Notes: a model not told the origin generated them from the letters alone. Numbered from the stretch's first letter, positions 20,804 through 30,908 are shown. The stretch is 64,000 nt of DNA from an uncultured bacterium (GCA_965368975.1 CBDUPA010000002.1:96001-160000); one strand, 5' to 3'. A program made the numbers and translations.

Positions 20804-21243
20804 TGCGCGACCTGTACACCATCTTCGTCGAGATCCCCGTGCAGTGGGGCGACATGGACTCTGTCGGTCACGTCAACAACGCTCGCTACTTCACCTATTG
20901 CGAGAGCGCCCGCATCCGGTTCTTCGAAGAGGTAGGACTGCCTGAGCACTGGAGTCAGCAGCAGGGGCCGGCCCTGGTGTCCGCAAGCTGCAACTTCTAT
21001 CGCCAGGTCCACTACCCAGCGCAGCTGGAAGTCGGCGTGCGTGCGATCAAGGTCGGCAAGAGTAGCTTCACCCTGGAGTATGCATTGTTTCGGGTCGACG
21101 AGAAGGCAGCGAAGAGGTCGAACGCGACGGAAGACCTCGTTGCGCAGGGCGAGTCGGTTGTGGTGTGGGTCGACTTTGAAGAGGGGAAGTCCAAGCCGCT
21201 GCCGGAGGAGCTGCGGGGGAGGATCGAGGCGGGGTGCTCCTAG
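20803..21243 (+). CDS. Acyl-CoA thioesterase (4HBT/YbgC hotdog family)
   Basis: VQWGDMDSVGHVNNARYFTYCESARI. TAATG coupling with the upstream gene. Confidence 0.9.
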   Translation: MRDLYTIFVEIPVQWGDMDSVGHVNNARYFTYCESARIRFFEEVGLPEHWSQQQGPALVSASCNFYRQVHYPAQLEVGVRAIKVGKSSFTLEYALFRVDEKAAKRSNATEDLVAQGESVVVWVDFEEGKSKPLPEELRGRIEAGCS

Positions 21244-21316
21244 CGCGTCCGATCTGCGACCAGAACGCGGGGCTCGACACTCCGCCGGCCCCGCGATCCT
21301 GGTCCGCACCGCCGGC

Positions 21317-21634
21317 CTACGACTTCGTGAAGACACTGGCTCCAAAGCCCGAGCCCCTCGCGTCAGACTTGGTCAGCGTCTTGCCGTCATTGCTGATCTC
21401 GAGATTGAATGTGCCCGAGCCCTGATTCTGCACGTTCGGCAGATCGGCCCACGTCACCTTGATCTGGTTGCCACTGACGGTGCCGTAGGCCACGTTGCCC
21501 CAGGTGTCGTCGTCCTTCGGGGGTTCGCCGTGCCAGAGAATGACGTTCTCTGCGCCGATCGTCACCTCGCGGATGTAGTAGTTGCCGGTCGTCGTCGATC
21601 CGTTGGACGTGGTCCAGGTTCCTGAGAGGCTCAT
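21317..21634 (-). CDS. Small beta-rich hypothetical protein
   Basis: AAGGAG RBS and coding-like codon usage. LSGTW..GNYYIR..WHGE..WGNVAYG..WADLP..GSG pattern. Confidence 0.75.
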   Translation of the reverse strand: MSLSGTWTTSNGSTTTGNYYIREVTIGAENVILWHGEPPKDDDTWGNVAYGTVSGNQIKVTWADLPNVQNQGSGTFNLEISNDGKTLTKSDARGSGFGASVFTKS

Positions 21635-21846
21635 GATGATTCTCCTTCTGAAGATCGTTGTGAGTGTTCGATGGCGCGATGACGCCGTCGCTGTCCTTCA
21701 CTCACACCATCGGGAACCACTGCCAGTAGGAGACATGCGAAATCGAAGTTTTTTCGCGCCCCGTTTCCTTGGCTTCGATCCAACGAGAAATGCCGCCTCG
21801 CGGCGGCATTGGTACCCAAGATCGAGCCGACGGCTGAGGCAGCCTG

Positions 21847-22305
21847 TCACCCCGGAGGATCGGTGACCGGATCGTTGTAGATCCTGGGATCGTCGTGCAC
21901 GACCTCACCGCTGGCGAGCCGGACGAAAATCCGATACCGAGCGTACGACGACGTGGCGCCGTCGGCGGCACCGTAGGAGAGAGCCAGCTTCACCGAGTTG
22001 GCGACCGCGTCGGAGTCCGTGGGCCAAGGCTTCGGAGACAGCGCCTCGAGGTTGCAAGCTCGGAGCTTCGACTTCGATGCCCAGTGACTCTCCGAGAGTT
22101 CCTGGTTCCCTGGACACACGTCGAAGCCGGCGAACTGCTGGTCCCCTTTGACTAGTTTGACCTCGAAAGTTCCACTACCCTGGCTCATGGGAGGCGTGAT
22201 CGAGCCATCCGTGCTCAAAGCCCAGTCCCCGGTGGCACCCGGGGCGGAGCTGTAGGTGAAGGTACCGTTGGCATCGACATCGACCATGATGATCAGTTCA
22301 GACAT
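21847..22305 (-). CDS. Hypothetical protein with C-terminal 'DDPRIYN' (DP-type) motif
   Basis: AAAGGAG RBS, directly downstream of the kinase, ends YRIFV..DDPRIYNDP. Confidence 0.7.
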   Translation of the reverse strand: MSELIIMVDVDANGTFTYSSAPGATGDWALSTDGSITPPMSQGSGTFEVKLVKGDQQFAGFDVCPGNQELSESHWASKSKLRACNLEALSPKPWPTDSDAVANSVKLALSYGAADGATSSYARYRIFVRLASGEVVHDDPRIYNDPVTDPPG

Positions 22306-22404
22306 GGGATTCTCCTTTCCTGGTTCTCGACTCTCTGCTTCTACAGGCGTGTACCACTGTCACCTACTACATCGTGGAACGCCGGGAGGCGGAGACACCG
22401 AGGC

Positions 22405-25068
22405 TCAACTTCCGGTACGCCAAGGACACAGGGCTTCGAGTCCTGGCTCGTTATAGGCCAGCGCCGCCAGCCGAGCACGGGCCGGCTCGGCGCCGTCGAG
22501 CCGGCCGAGGCAGCTGCAGGCCGCTACCCACGGCGCCACCAACCGCGGGTCCCGACTCTCTCGGGCAAATGCGGCGATGGAGGATTCAGCGCGCTCGAAG
22601 GCGGACTCGGCGGCAGCGCTCTCGCCTTCGAAGCTGCCGAGCAGAAGCAGGCTCTTGCTCAGCCAGCGATGGACCAAGCGATGCCTCGGTTGCTGTGCGG
22701 CGACACCTTCGAGGATCCGCACTGCCTCGAGCGCCGTGCCACGCGCCCCGGCATCGCCACGTCGTCGCTGCAGCAGAGCCCGATGATGCAGGCACACGGC
22801 CCGCGTCCAGCGCCACTTGGGTAGCAGCGGGTCCAGGTCGAGCAAGGAGTCGATCTCCCAGCAGCCGTTCTGTAAGGCCGCGGTCGCTGACGCCTGGTCG
22901 TCCTGGGCCAGGGCGGTCCGGGTGAGTTCCAGGTGACTCCAGGTCAACTTGAAGCGCCAGCTGGTGTTCGCCTGATCGTACGCCACCAGGTCGGTGAAGA
23001 TGTCTCGCTGCGACAGGAAGTGTTCCCGCGCGGCGGACCAGTCTCCCAGCATGGAGGAGTGGATACCCACCTGTCCGTGACTGGCGCCGAGGAAGTCTCT
23101 GCTGCGGGGGTCCTCGGAAGTCTCCTCGACGAGCGCGCGTCGGATCCCGAGTTCCGCGTGCAAGTGCTCACCGGCCTCTTCGAGACGCCCCAGGCTCAGC
23201 AGCAGGACGCCCACGGTATTGTGCGCTGCCGCCAGGTCCGCGCGCGCATCGGGCGCCGGATCGGAAGCTACCAGCTGCTGATCGAGCGTTAGAGTGGTGC
23301 GGAACTCCTCCAGTGCTCCTTCAAGGTCGCCCTCGGCTTCGAGCAGCGAGCCGAGATTGCTGTGGGCATGTGCCAGTTCGCGCTGCCAGTCCTGGTTGCT
23401 CGGCTCTCGTGCCACGACCTGCTTCGAAATTTCCAGGTACGCTTCCAGGGGACTGCGTGCCGCCGCCAGGTCTCCGCGCTGCCAGGCCACGTAGCCGACC
23501 CAGAAGTACGCCTGCCCCAGCTCGAACAAACGCTCGTTGTCGTCCGGCCACAGCTTTGACAGGCGCTCGGCGAGCGCCAACGACTCGGCCATCGGTCCGG
23601 CCGCGCCGTCGACATCGCCCTGGGTGATACGCACCTGACCGATCTGGCACAGCATGCGAGAGCGCCGCAGCAGTTCATCTTCGCTCAACTCTTCCGGTGG
23701 AACCGCGGCGAAGTACTTGACGGCTGCGTCCCCGACGTCGTCCAGGATGTCCAGACGTCGCAGGTCGTCCAGCTTGTCGTGCAGGTCCACCACCATGAAG
23801 CGGATCAACTCCTCGGCTTGCTGCTGGCGCGCCTCCGCGCGTTGCCGCGCCACGTCCACTCGCCAGGCCAGCACCGCGATCACCACGGACGAGACCACCA
23901 GCACCGCCAGCGCCAGCGCCCCCATGCCCACCAGCAGCCGGTGGCGCACCGCGAAGCGCGTCAGGCGATACGCCAGCCCGGCGGTGTAGGCCTCCACGAT
24001 CTCGCCGTCCAGATACCGCTGCAGGTCGGCCGCCACTGCCCGGGCCGACGTATACCGCTGCTCGGGCGCGCGCGCTATGCAGCACAGGATGATCGCTTCC
24101 AGCTCGGAGGGTAGAGTCGATATCACCTGGCGTGGCGGCGGTGGCTCACTCTCGACGACCTGGCGCAAGACCTGGAGCGTATTCTGTGCCGGAAACGGAA
24201 GTCGACCGGTCAACAGCCGGTACAGCATCATGCCCAAGCTGTAGACGTCCGCCCGACGATCGATCACGGAGTGCTCCGTCGAGCCCCCAACCACAAGTCG
24301 CTCCGGGGCGATGTACTGTGGCGTTCCGCCAGCCGAATCGGTGGTCGCGCCACCTTCACGGTTCAGCTCGACGGCGAGCCCGAAGTCGGTCACCAGCGCC
24401 TTGAGCTCCCCATCCGCCGTGCGGTCCACCAGGACGTTCGACGGCTTGACGTCGCCGTGCAACAAACCTTCCCGATGGGCGGCATGCAACCCTTCCGCGG
24501 CCTGGATCAACAACCTCACCTTGGCTTCCAGCGATAGCTCGGCCTCGATGTCCTCGAGCGTGCCGGCAGTCACCCGCTGCATGGAGATGAACGGGTGACC
24601 GTCGAGTTCCCCGTTGTCGTAGATCTCGAGCACATGCTCGTGCCGGATCCGCGCCTGCGCGCGCGCCTCGGCGAGAAAGGAGCGCACGATGTCCGGATCT
24701 TCGTGGGTCAGCAACTTCAGCGCCACCGTGCGTTCGAGCTGGCGGTCGAACGCCTCGAACACGCGGCCCATACCGCCCTTGCCCAGGCACGGCCCGAGGT
24801 CGTACCGCTCCTCGACCGGCATGGCGGCCGCCGACGCCAGCGTGGCGGGCTCCACCGAGTCCGACTGCAGCCGTGTCGCTGCGGGTGTCTCGAGAAACGA
24901 GTCCGTGAGGTCGCCGACAGCTTCGAGTCGCTGCCGCACCGCCTCGGCCAATTCCAGCTCCTCGAGCGCGAGATCCTGCAGATACGCCTCGCGTGGCTCC
25001 GACTCCAGCTCCGCCGCTGTCATTACAGCCTCGGTGAGCCGCAGCTCGGTTGCCGTCCCCGGCTTCAT
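22405..25068 (-). CDS. Membrane Hanks-type Ser/Thr kinase with C-terminal TPR sensor
   Basis: GKGGMG, VALK, HGDVKPSN, DFG, GTPQYIAPE, DVYSLG, TM helix, then TPRs. ATG 25068 overlaps the ECF stop (ATGA). Confidence 0.93.
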   Translation of the reverse strand: MKPGTATELRLTEAVMTAAELESEPREAYLQDLALEELELAEAVRQRLEAVGDLTDSFLETPAATRLQSDSVEPATLASAAAMPVEERYDLGPCLGKGGMGRVFEAFDRQLERTVALKLLTHEDPDIVRSFLAEARAQARIRHEHVLEIYDNGELDGHPFISMQRVTAGTLEDIEAELSLEAKVRLLIQAAEGLHAAHREGLLHGDVKPSNVLVDRTADGELKALVTDFGLAVELNREGGATTDSAGGTPQYIAPERLVVGGSTEHSVIDRRADVYSLGMMLYRLLTGRLPFPAQNTLQVLRQVVESEPPPPRQVISTLPSELEAIILCCIARAPEQRYTSARAVAADLQRYLDGEIVEAYTAGLAYRLTRFAVRHRLLVGMGALALAVLVVSSVVIAVLAWRVDVARQRAEARQQQAEELIRFMVVDLHDKLDDLRRLDILDDVGDAAVKYFAAVPPEELSEDELLRRSRMLCQIGQVRITQGDVDGAAGPMAESLALAERLSKLWPDDNERLFELGQAYFWVGYVAWQRGDLAAARSPLEAYLEISKQVVAREPSNQDWQRELAHAHSNLGSLLEAEGDLEGALEEFRTTLTLDQQLVASDPAPDARADLAAAHNTVGVLLLSLGRLEEAGEHLHAELGIRRALVEETSEDPRSRDFLGASHGQVGIHSSMLGDWSAAREHFLSQRDIFTDLVAYDQANTSWRFKLTWSHLELTRTALAQDDQASATAALQNGCWEIDSLLDLDPLLPKWRWTRAVCLHHRALLQRRRGDAGARGTALEAVRILEGVAAQQPRHRLVHRWLSKSLLLLGSFEGESAAAESAFERAESSIAAFARESRDPRLVAPWVAACSCLGRLDGAEPARARLAALAYNEPGLEALCPWRTGS

Positions 25069-25670
25069 CCCGCCTGCCGCAGTTCGCCGTGGAGCCAGAC
25101 GCGCACCGTCTTCCAGTCCCGCACCACCGTCCGCGTCGTGACGTCCAGAATCTCGGCCGCCTCCTCCACCGACAACCCCGCGAAGTAACGCAGCTCCACC
25201 AGCTTCGCGTGGCGCGGGCGTACTTCGCTCAGCTTGTTCAGGGCCTGGTGCACGCCCAGTACTTCTTCGGGTCGCAGCGTCAGTGGATCGGCCACCTCCG
25301 GCAGCGCTTCCCCCAAGCTCCTGACCTGCCCCGCCCCTCGTTTCCCCGCCAGCTGCCGCCGCGCCTCGTCCGCCAACACGAACCGCATCGCCCGCGCCGC
25401 CACGGCGAAGAAGTGACGCCGATCGTTCCACTCCACATCGTTGCCGAGCAGCCGCAAGTACGCTAGGTGCACCAAGCTGGTCACCTGCATACCCGACCGC
25501 CGACCGCGACTGCGCAGAATGCCGCCGGCCAACTTCTTCAGCTCACCGTAGAGCGCCGCCCAGAGGCGATCCGGAACCTCAGCGTCGCCGCCGCTGTGCC
25601 AAGCACGCAGTAGGCGCGTGATCTCACCCGGAGCCTGGGGAGCAGGGCTGTCACCTTCAGTAGATCGCAT
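25065..25670 (-). CDS. ECF sigma factor (STK-associated, TIGR02999-like)
   Basis: EITRLLRAW, LYGELKKLA, TSLVHLAYLRL, DRRHFFAVAARAMR, VELRYFAGLS..E..TVVRDW. Confidence 0.92.
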   Translation of the reverse strand: MRSTEGDSPAPQAPGEITRLLRAWHSGGDAEVPDRLWAALYGELKKLAGGILRSRGRRSGMQVTSLVHLAYLRLLGNDVEWNDRRHFFAVAARAMRFVLADEARRQLAGKRGAGQVRSLGEALPEVADPLTLRPEEVLGVHQALNKLSEVRPRHAKLVELRYFAGLSVEEAAEILDVTTRTVVRDWKTVRVWLHGELRQAG

Positions 25671-25692
25671 GAGCAAGAGTGATGCGCCAGAG

Positions 25693-25710
25693 CGCCTCGT
25701 GCCGGCGGTT
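25693..25710 (+). repeat. 18-bp direct repeat, copy 1 (CGCCTCGTGCCGGCGGTT)
   Basis: Identical to 26606-26623. Confidence 0.85.
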
Positions 25711-25865
25711 GCAGGTCATCAGAAATAACGGGAGACGCATGAAAGCATAGCAGAGACAACGCCGCAGAGATTCGGAAGGCTGACCCGCGGCAATGCCCCT
25801 CAAGCCCGATGGCTCGAATTGGCTTCCTTCGTTGGGGGCTGGCCGTCGAACGTCGTCCCCAGTGG

Positions 25866-26255
25866 CTATAGCGCTGATGCGATGTCCGTGGCTGCGAAAT
25901 CCTGGCCTTTGAACAGCAGCGATTCTTCGAGCGAAGCCGCCAAGGCATAAGAGAAGCAGTCGCCGTAGTTCAACCCGGCTGGATGCCGCCCCTTGCCGAA
26001 CTGGCTGAAGGCACGGCGCGCCAGCCTGCCCTGGGCCGCATCCACACTGACCAGCTGGATCTGTGCTCGATCCAAGAAGTCGTCCAGCTCGCGGATTCCA
26101 GCTGCACCATAGCGCGCCTCGAGCACCATGGATACTTCGACGAAGCTGGCTACAGACAACTTGCGAGAGGCGGCAGCTTCGATCACTTCGTTGAACGAGC
26201 GGCGTTCCGGCTCGTCTTGCAGAATAGCCAGCAAAGCAGAGGTGTCAATGACCAC
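25866..26255 (-). CDS. vapC: VapC PIN-domain toxin
   Basis: VIDTSALLAIL..E, FGKGRHPAGLNYGDCFSYALA, LLFKGQDF. Confidence 0.93.
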   Translation of the reverse strand: MVIDTSALLAILQDEPERRSFNEVIEAAASRKLSVASFVEVSMVLEARYGAAGIRELDDFLDRAQIQLVSVDAAQGRLARRAFSQFGKGRHPAGLNYGDCFSYALAASLEESLLFKGQDFAATDIASAL

Positions 26256-26267
26256 CAGCAATCCTGT

Positions 26268-26522
26268 TCATCCGGGCAAGCCGTTTTCGTCATAGCCCAG
26301 GATCTCCTCGGCAGACCGTGTATCCAGCACGGGTAAGGAGGAGCATCGGATCGCGATCTGGTCCAGTTCATCTGCCAGGCTCCGCTGTCTTTGCTCTCTC
26401 TGCAATCGCTCCAGGCGATCGAGTAAGGCACGGCGGACGGCTTCTGTCTTGGTTTCACCGGTCAGAACTGCCAAGGTCTCGGCGAGCTTCTCGGTTGCGG
26501 GGTTTCTGATATTGAGCGCCAT
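26268..26522 (-). CDS. vapB: VapB antitoxin (Rv0623-like)
   Basis: MALNIRNPATEKLA..LTGETKTEAVRRAL..ILGYDENGLP. GGAG RBS. Confidence 0.9.
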   Translation of the reverse strand: MALNIRNPATEKLAETLAVLTGETKTEAVRRALLDRLERLQREQRQRSLADELDQIAIRCSSLPVLDTRSAEEILGYDENGLPG

Positions 26523-26605
26523 GGTTTCTCCACGTACAGATCTATTCCCCATATGTAGTTCCCAATGTAGATCGTAGCACTCACGCTCAGGCTCTTTCCA
26601 CTCCT

Positions 26606-26623
26606 CGCCTCGTGCCGGCGGTT
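26606..26623 (+). repeat. 18-bp direct repeat, copy 2
   Basis: Identical to 25693-25710. Confidence 0.85.
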
Positions 26624-26800
26624 TGCAAGATTTGGATATGACTAGAATCGGCCGAAACATCACAGAGTCAGGACGGCATCACCCGGCACTGCGAAAGGCG
26701 AAACTCAACTGATACGCTGTCACCGATTTCACCAACTGGCTTCATAAAGGTCGGCGCCGCACCTGCTGCAGTGCCTTGAACTCGAGACGCCTCCTGATCA

Positions 26801-29512
26801 ATGCAGCACAAGACTCAGCTCTATTCGCCGTACCGGTCCTCCGACTTGGTGTCGCGACCTCGACTGCTGTCGAAATTGAACAACCACGACCGGCAGGTCG
26901 CACTGATCTCCGCAAGTGCCGGAGCAGGCAAGACGGCACTGTTGTCGCAGTGGCTCGCAGAGCATGGTGAGAGTATCGTTGTCTGGCTATCACTTTCCCG
27001 CCGAGACAATGACCTGCGACGCTTTGTCCGCAACCTCACCGGGGCAGTGGTCGATGGAATCTCCGGCGAGGTACCTGGTGAAGCAGGGCAGGAGAACCAG
27101 CGTGGACCGCAGGTAGCAGCTCCCGACCTGCAGGTAGTCCTGACCGAACTGCAGAAGCCCGAAATGCCTGTCACGCTGGTCTTGGACGACTACCACTTCG
27201 TCGAGAACACACGGGTGCACAAGTGGATGGGGCAGTTCACCAGGCAGTTGCCGGCGAACCTGCGCCTGGTCCTGAGCAGTCGTAACGACCCACCGTTTCC
27301 CCTCGGCCGTCTACGGGCCCAGAACCAGCTGCTCGAGATCCGCGACGACGACTTGAGATGGTCCGTCGACGAAGCCGACCAATTCTTCCACCACTTCGTG
27401 GGGAAGCGCCTGACCGGCCCTGAAGTCTCGCAGTTGTGGGCCAAGACGGAAGGCTGGATCACCGGCATGCAGCTAGCCGCCCTCGCGCTGCGACATCGGG
27501 ACCGAGTGGATGAACGTATCGCCTCCTTCGGCGGTGACCATCGGCACGTTGCGGATTTTCTGACCGACGAAGTCTTGTCGACGCTCGACCCCAGCCGGCG
27601 AACGTTCCTGCTCCAGACCTCGATCGCCGATAAGCTTTGCGCCCCGTTGTGTGCAACGTTGACCGGGAAGAGCCCTGAGCGGGCCCAGCAGCTATTGGAA
27701 GATGTGCACTCCCGGAATCTCTTCTTACAACCGCTGGATCCGCAGGGAAGTTGGTACCGCTACCACCACTTGTTCGCCGAGTTCCTGCGCTCGAAGCTGC
27801 GACAGAAGATAGACGGGCCAAAGATGGCGCGCCTCCAGCTGCGAGCCGCCAGATGGTTCCAAGCCCAAGGTGATGCAGAGTCCGGCATCGAGCTGGCTCT
27901 GGCGGCCATGCAAGAAGGGCAATCGCGTGAGGGCGAGGAAGCTCTGGACTACCTGGTTCACTGGCTCGAAGCGCACGGCCAGCAGCTGTTCACGCAGGGG
28001 CGGCGCTTCGAGGTCCAAGCCTGGCTCGACCAGATACCGGAAGCGAGAAAGTGTCAGAACCCCAAACTAGCACTGCTGGCGTGCAAGGTATTGAGCACGA
28101 ACCAACGCCCCGCGGAAGCTGCCCGCTTGCTGCAAGCAGCAGAACGAGCGCTCGACGGGATGGCAGCAACAGCTAGCGCGGCAACACGGCGAGCCCTGCA
28201 GGGTGAACTCCTGGTAGCGCGGGCGTCAATGGCCTTGCGCAAGTGGCAGATGGAGGACGTCGTCCATATCGCCGGGGCGGCCTGGACAGCACTCGGCATC
28301 GACGACTTGGCCCCTCGATGTCATGCCGCCTTGATGCTCGGCGTGGCTCAGCGCTGGCTGGGCCGAGACGCCCCCGCCTGGCAACATCTGCAGCATGCGG
28401 CCCGGCTGGCTGCACGATCCGAGAATGTGTTGATCTTCATCTGTGCCCGCGCCACCCAAGCTCGGGTGCGCCTGGACCAGGCCTGCCTGGTAGAAGCAGA
28501 GGCCTTGTGCCGCGACACGCTGCGGCAGCTGGACCAGAGAGGCTGGTCGCGCCTGCCGGCTGGAGCGTTTATACACACGACGCTCGGCGAGATCCTCTGG
28601 GAACGTGGAGATCCGGGGGCACAGACCGAGTTCGAACAGGCGCTGGCGCGCTTGCAGCAGATCGAGACTCCCCCCGAAGTTCGTCGGGAAGCGCTCGAAG
28701 TCTTGCAATGCTGGCTCCAGCTCATGGAGCTGGATAACTCCAGGCTCGGTGCTTCGGGCCACATTGCAGACATGGGGAAAGGCGTCGAGGGCGGAAGTGC
28801 GATGCCCGCCGATGTGCCCCCCGATGCCCGGACGATGCCGGTACTCGACTCCCTGGCCGTGCTGCAGGCACGACTGCAATTGCGGTTGGGAGGCCGTGAC
28901 GCTGTAGAACGGTGGTTGCAGCAGGAGAGCATCGCGCCCGACGCGGCGATGCAACCAGCCGACTTTCCCCGGTACGTGTTGCTGGCGACAGTACTGCTGG
29001 CGAACCAACCGAACCAGGCGCTGAGGGTGCTGGAACGGCTGATCGCACGAGCCAAGGAGGTCGGGCGCGAACGGTTCCTCATCGAAGCCTTGGTACTGCA
29101 GGCTGGCGCTGCACGCTGCCGCGACCAGGACCAGCTGGCGTCGGCATCCTTCCGCTCGGCAGTGGAGCTCGCTGCTCCCGAGGCGATCCTGCGCCCCTTC
29201 TTGGAGCATGGAGCCGAGCTGAGAGAGTTCCTGCCCGTGACAGCAGCTAAATATCCCGACATCGCCGAGCGCCTAGCTCGCCGCTGGTCCTCGGAAGCAT
29301 CCGCAGCGACGAATCTGGTCAAGCCCTTGAGTGCACGAGAGCGAGAAGTACTGCAGGTCCTCGCCCAAGGAGCGACGAATCGTGAGATCTCCGATCATTT
29401 CAACATCTCGCTCAACACCACCAAGACCCATCTGCGGAATCTGTACAGCAAACTCCGAGTCCAGCGTCGGAGCCAGGCGATTCTTCGCGCTCGCGAAATG
29501 GACCTCTTGTGA
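26801..29512 (+). CDS. MalT-like STAND/LuxR transcriptional regulator
   Basis: KTQLY..RPRL, Walker A SAGAGKT, Walker B LVLDDYH, TEGW, WYRYHHLF, C-terminal LSAREREVL..TTKTHLRNLYSKL HTH. Confidence 0.93.
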   Translation: MQHKTQLYSPYRSSDLVSRPRLLSKLNNHDRQVALISASAGAGKTALLSQWLAEHGESIVVWLSLSRRDNDLRRFVRNLTGAVVDGISGEVPGEAGQENQRGPQVAAPDLQVVLTELQKPEMPVTLVLDDYHFVENTRVHKWMGQFTRQLPANLRLVLSSRNDPPFPLGRLRAQNQLLEIRDDDLRWSVDEADQFFHHFVGKRLTGPEVSQLWAKTEGWITGMQLAALALRHRDRVDERIASFGGDHRHVADFLTDEVLSTLDPSRRTFLLQTSIADKLCAPLCATLTGKSPERAQQLLEDVHSRNLFLQPLDPQGSWYRYHHLFAEFLRSKLRQKIDGPKMARLQLRAARWFQAQGDAESGIELALAAMQEGQSREGEEALDYLVHWLEAHGQQLFTQGRRFEVQAWLDQIPEARKCQNPKLALLACKVLSTNQRPAEAARLLQAAERALDGMAATASAATRRALQGELLVARASMALRKWQMEDVVHIAGAAWTALGIDDLAPRCHAALMLGVAQRWLGRDAPAWQHLQHAARLAARSENVLIFICARATQARVRLDQACLVEAEALCRDTLRQLDQRGWSRLPAGAFIHTTLGEILWERGDPGAQTEFEQALARLQQIETPPEVRREALEVLQCWLQLMELDNSRLGASGHIADMGKGVEGGSAMPADVPPDARTMPVLDSLAVLQARLQLRLGGRDAVERWLQQESIAPDAAMQPADFPRYVLLATVLLANQPNQALRVLERLIARAKEVGRERFLIEALVLQAGAARCRDQDQLASASFRSAVELAAPEAILRPFLEHGAELREFLPVTAAKYPDIAERLARRWSSEASAATNLVKPLSAREREVLQVLAQGATNREISDHFNISLNTTKTHLRNLYSKLRVQRRSQAILRAREMDLL

Positions 29513-30804
29513 GCGAACCCCGATCTCATCCCGCCACGATCGGCCTGATGGCAGCCATCTTGGGGCTGCTGTTCTGTGACCATAGCCTCCTGTCTCCCAA
29601 CCTGACGGCCGCCGCAAGCGACCTCGGCTTGGACACCAGAGAGCGCGATCTTTTCCTGGGCGGAATCTTGACTTTCGTCGTCACCGGTACGGCGATGGTG
29701 TCGGCCTTGGTCTTCGGAACGCTTGCGGATCGATGGTCCCGGGTCGGATCTTTCGTACTCGCCGTCACCTTGGCCGAACTTGCCTGCCTCGGCATCCTGT
29801 GGGCTCGAGATTGGCCTCACGTCCTGGTGCTGCGCATGTGTACCGGAATAGGTCTGGGTGGTGCGCTGCCCGCAGCCTTCGCCATGGTCGCCGACCTTTC
29901 GTCACCACGCCGCAGAGCTTCTTCCGTAGCCCTGCTCTGGACAGCTCTCGGCGCCGGTATCATCGTGGGAGTCGTGGTCGCCGGACAGCTGGGTCCGGAC
30001 TTCGGTTGGCGCGTACCCTTTGCCGTGGTGGCGTTGCCGAATCTATTACTGGTAGGGCTCTTCGGCTGGCTCTTCCGCGACTGGGAGAGCAGATCGAGAG
30101 CGATCCCGGATTCTCTTGCCGACGCCAAGATCTCAACTCGCTTCCGGACGATCTTCGCCCAACCGGTCAACCGCTGGCTCTATCTGGAAGAGGTGTTCGA
30201 AGTCGTGCCGTTCGCGGTTCTGAGCACCTTCTTGCCGGACTTCTTGGCTCAGGATCGTGGCTTCTCCGTCGCGCAGGGCAGCAGCGTCCTAGCCGCCTTT
30301 GGTGCAGCTGCCATCCTCGGCAAGCTGGCGGGCGGCTGGCTCGGTGACAGGCTGTGCCCACACGGCCTGTGGACCTTGGCAAAGGTTGCCAGCCTGGCGC
30401 TGGCCACGGCGATCGTGCCGGCGCTGGGTATCCTCGCCTTGCCAGGGCTCACGGACGGTGGCAGCTTCGCTCTCGTCGTGAGCTTGGCTGGCCTGGTCGG
30501 ATTGCTGGCCCCCTTGCCGAAACCCCTCATGACGACTCTTCTCCTCGAGGTCAACCCAGCCTCGGTGCATGGCAGTGCCCTGGCTGGTCATCGACTGGCG
30601 GCCCATGTCGGCCAAGCCTCCGGCCCGCTGCTCGCCGGCCTGCTCATGCTGCTGTCGAGTCGCAGCCAGGCCCTGGGCATTCTGCTTTCGGCCTGGCTGG
30701 TCGCAGCAGTGCTCTGCTGGCCCGTGGCTCGAGCCTTGCACAACTCGCGCATGGTGAGCGACACGACTCCCGAAGCATCCTCGGGAAATCACCCTTTCGG
30801 GTGA
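29509..30804 (+). CDS. MFS transporter
   Basis: About 12 hydrophobic helices, motif A FGTLADRWSR, GGWLGDRL. Overlaps the regulator stop. Confidence 0.85.
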   Translation: MSEPRSHPATIGLMAAILGLLFCDHSLLSPNLTAAASDLGLDTRERDLFLGGILTFVVTGTAMVSALVFGTLADRWSRVGSFVLAVTLAELACLGILWARDWPHVLVLRMCTGIGLGGALPAAFAMVADLSSPRRRASSVALLWTALGAGIIVGVVVAGQLGPDFGWRVPFAVVALPNLLLVGLFGWLFRDWESRSRAIPDSLADAKISTRFRTIFAQPVNRWLYLEEVFEVVPFAVLSTFLPDFLAQDRGFSVAQGSSVLAAFGAAAILGKLAGGWLGDRLCPHGLWTLAKVASLALATAIVPALGILALPGLTDGGSFALVVSLAGLVGLLAPLPKPLMTTLLLEVNPASVHGSALAGHRLAAHVGQASGPLLAGLLMLLSSRSQALGILLSAWLVAAVLCWPVARALHNSRMVSDTTPEASSGNHPFG

Positions 30805-30908
30805 TGGCACAGGGCCCCGTGGCGTCATAGCCTGAGTGTAGTCACACTCAAGCTGAAGCCCGCCCGACCTCGGGCGAACGCTCCTAGATGACGCCACGGA
30901 GGTTTCGA

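Noticed and set aside
25069-25431. N-terminal extensions given by the ORF track (kinase 25431; also 568, 13607, 19565, 20692, 59363)
   Set aside because: They overlap neighbouring genes or are low-complexity; downstream starts have RBSs or stop-start coupling.
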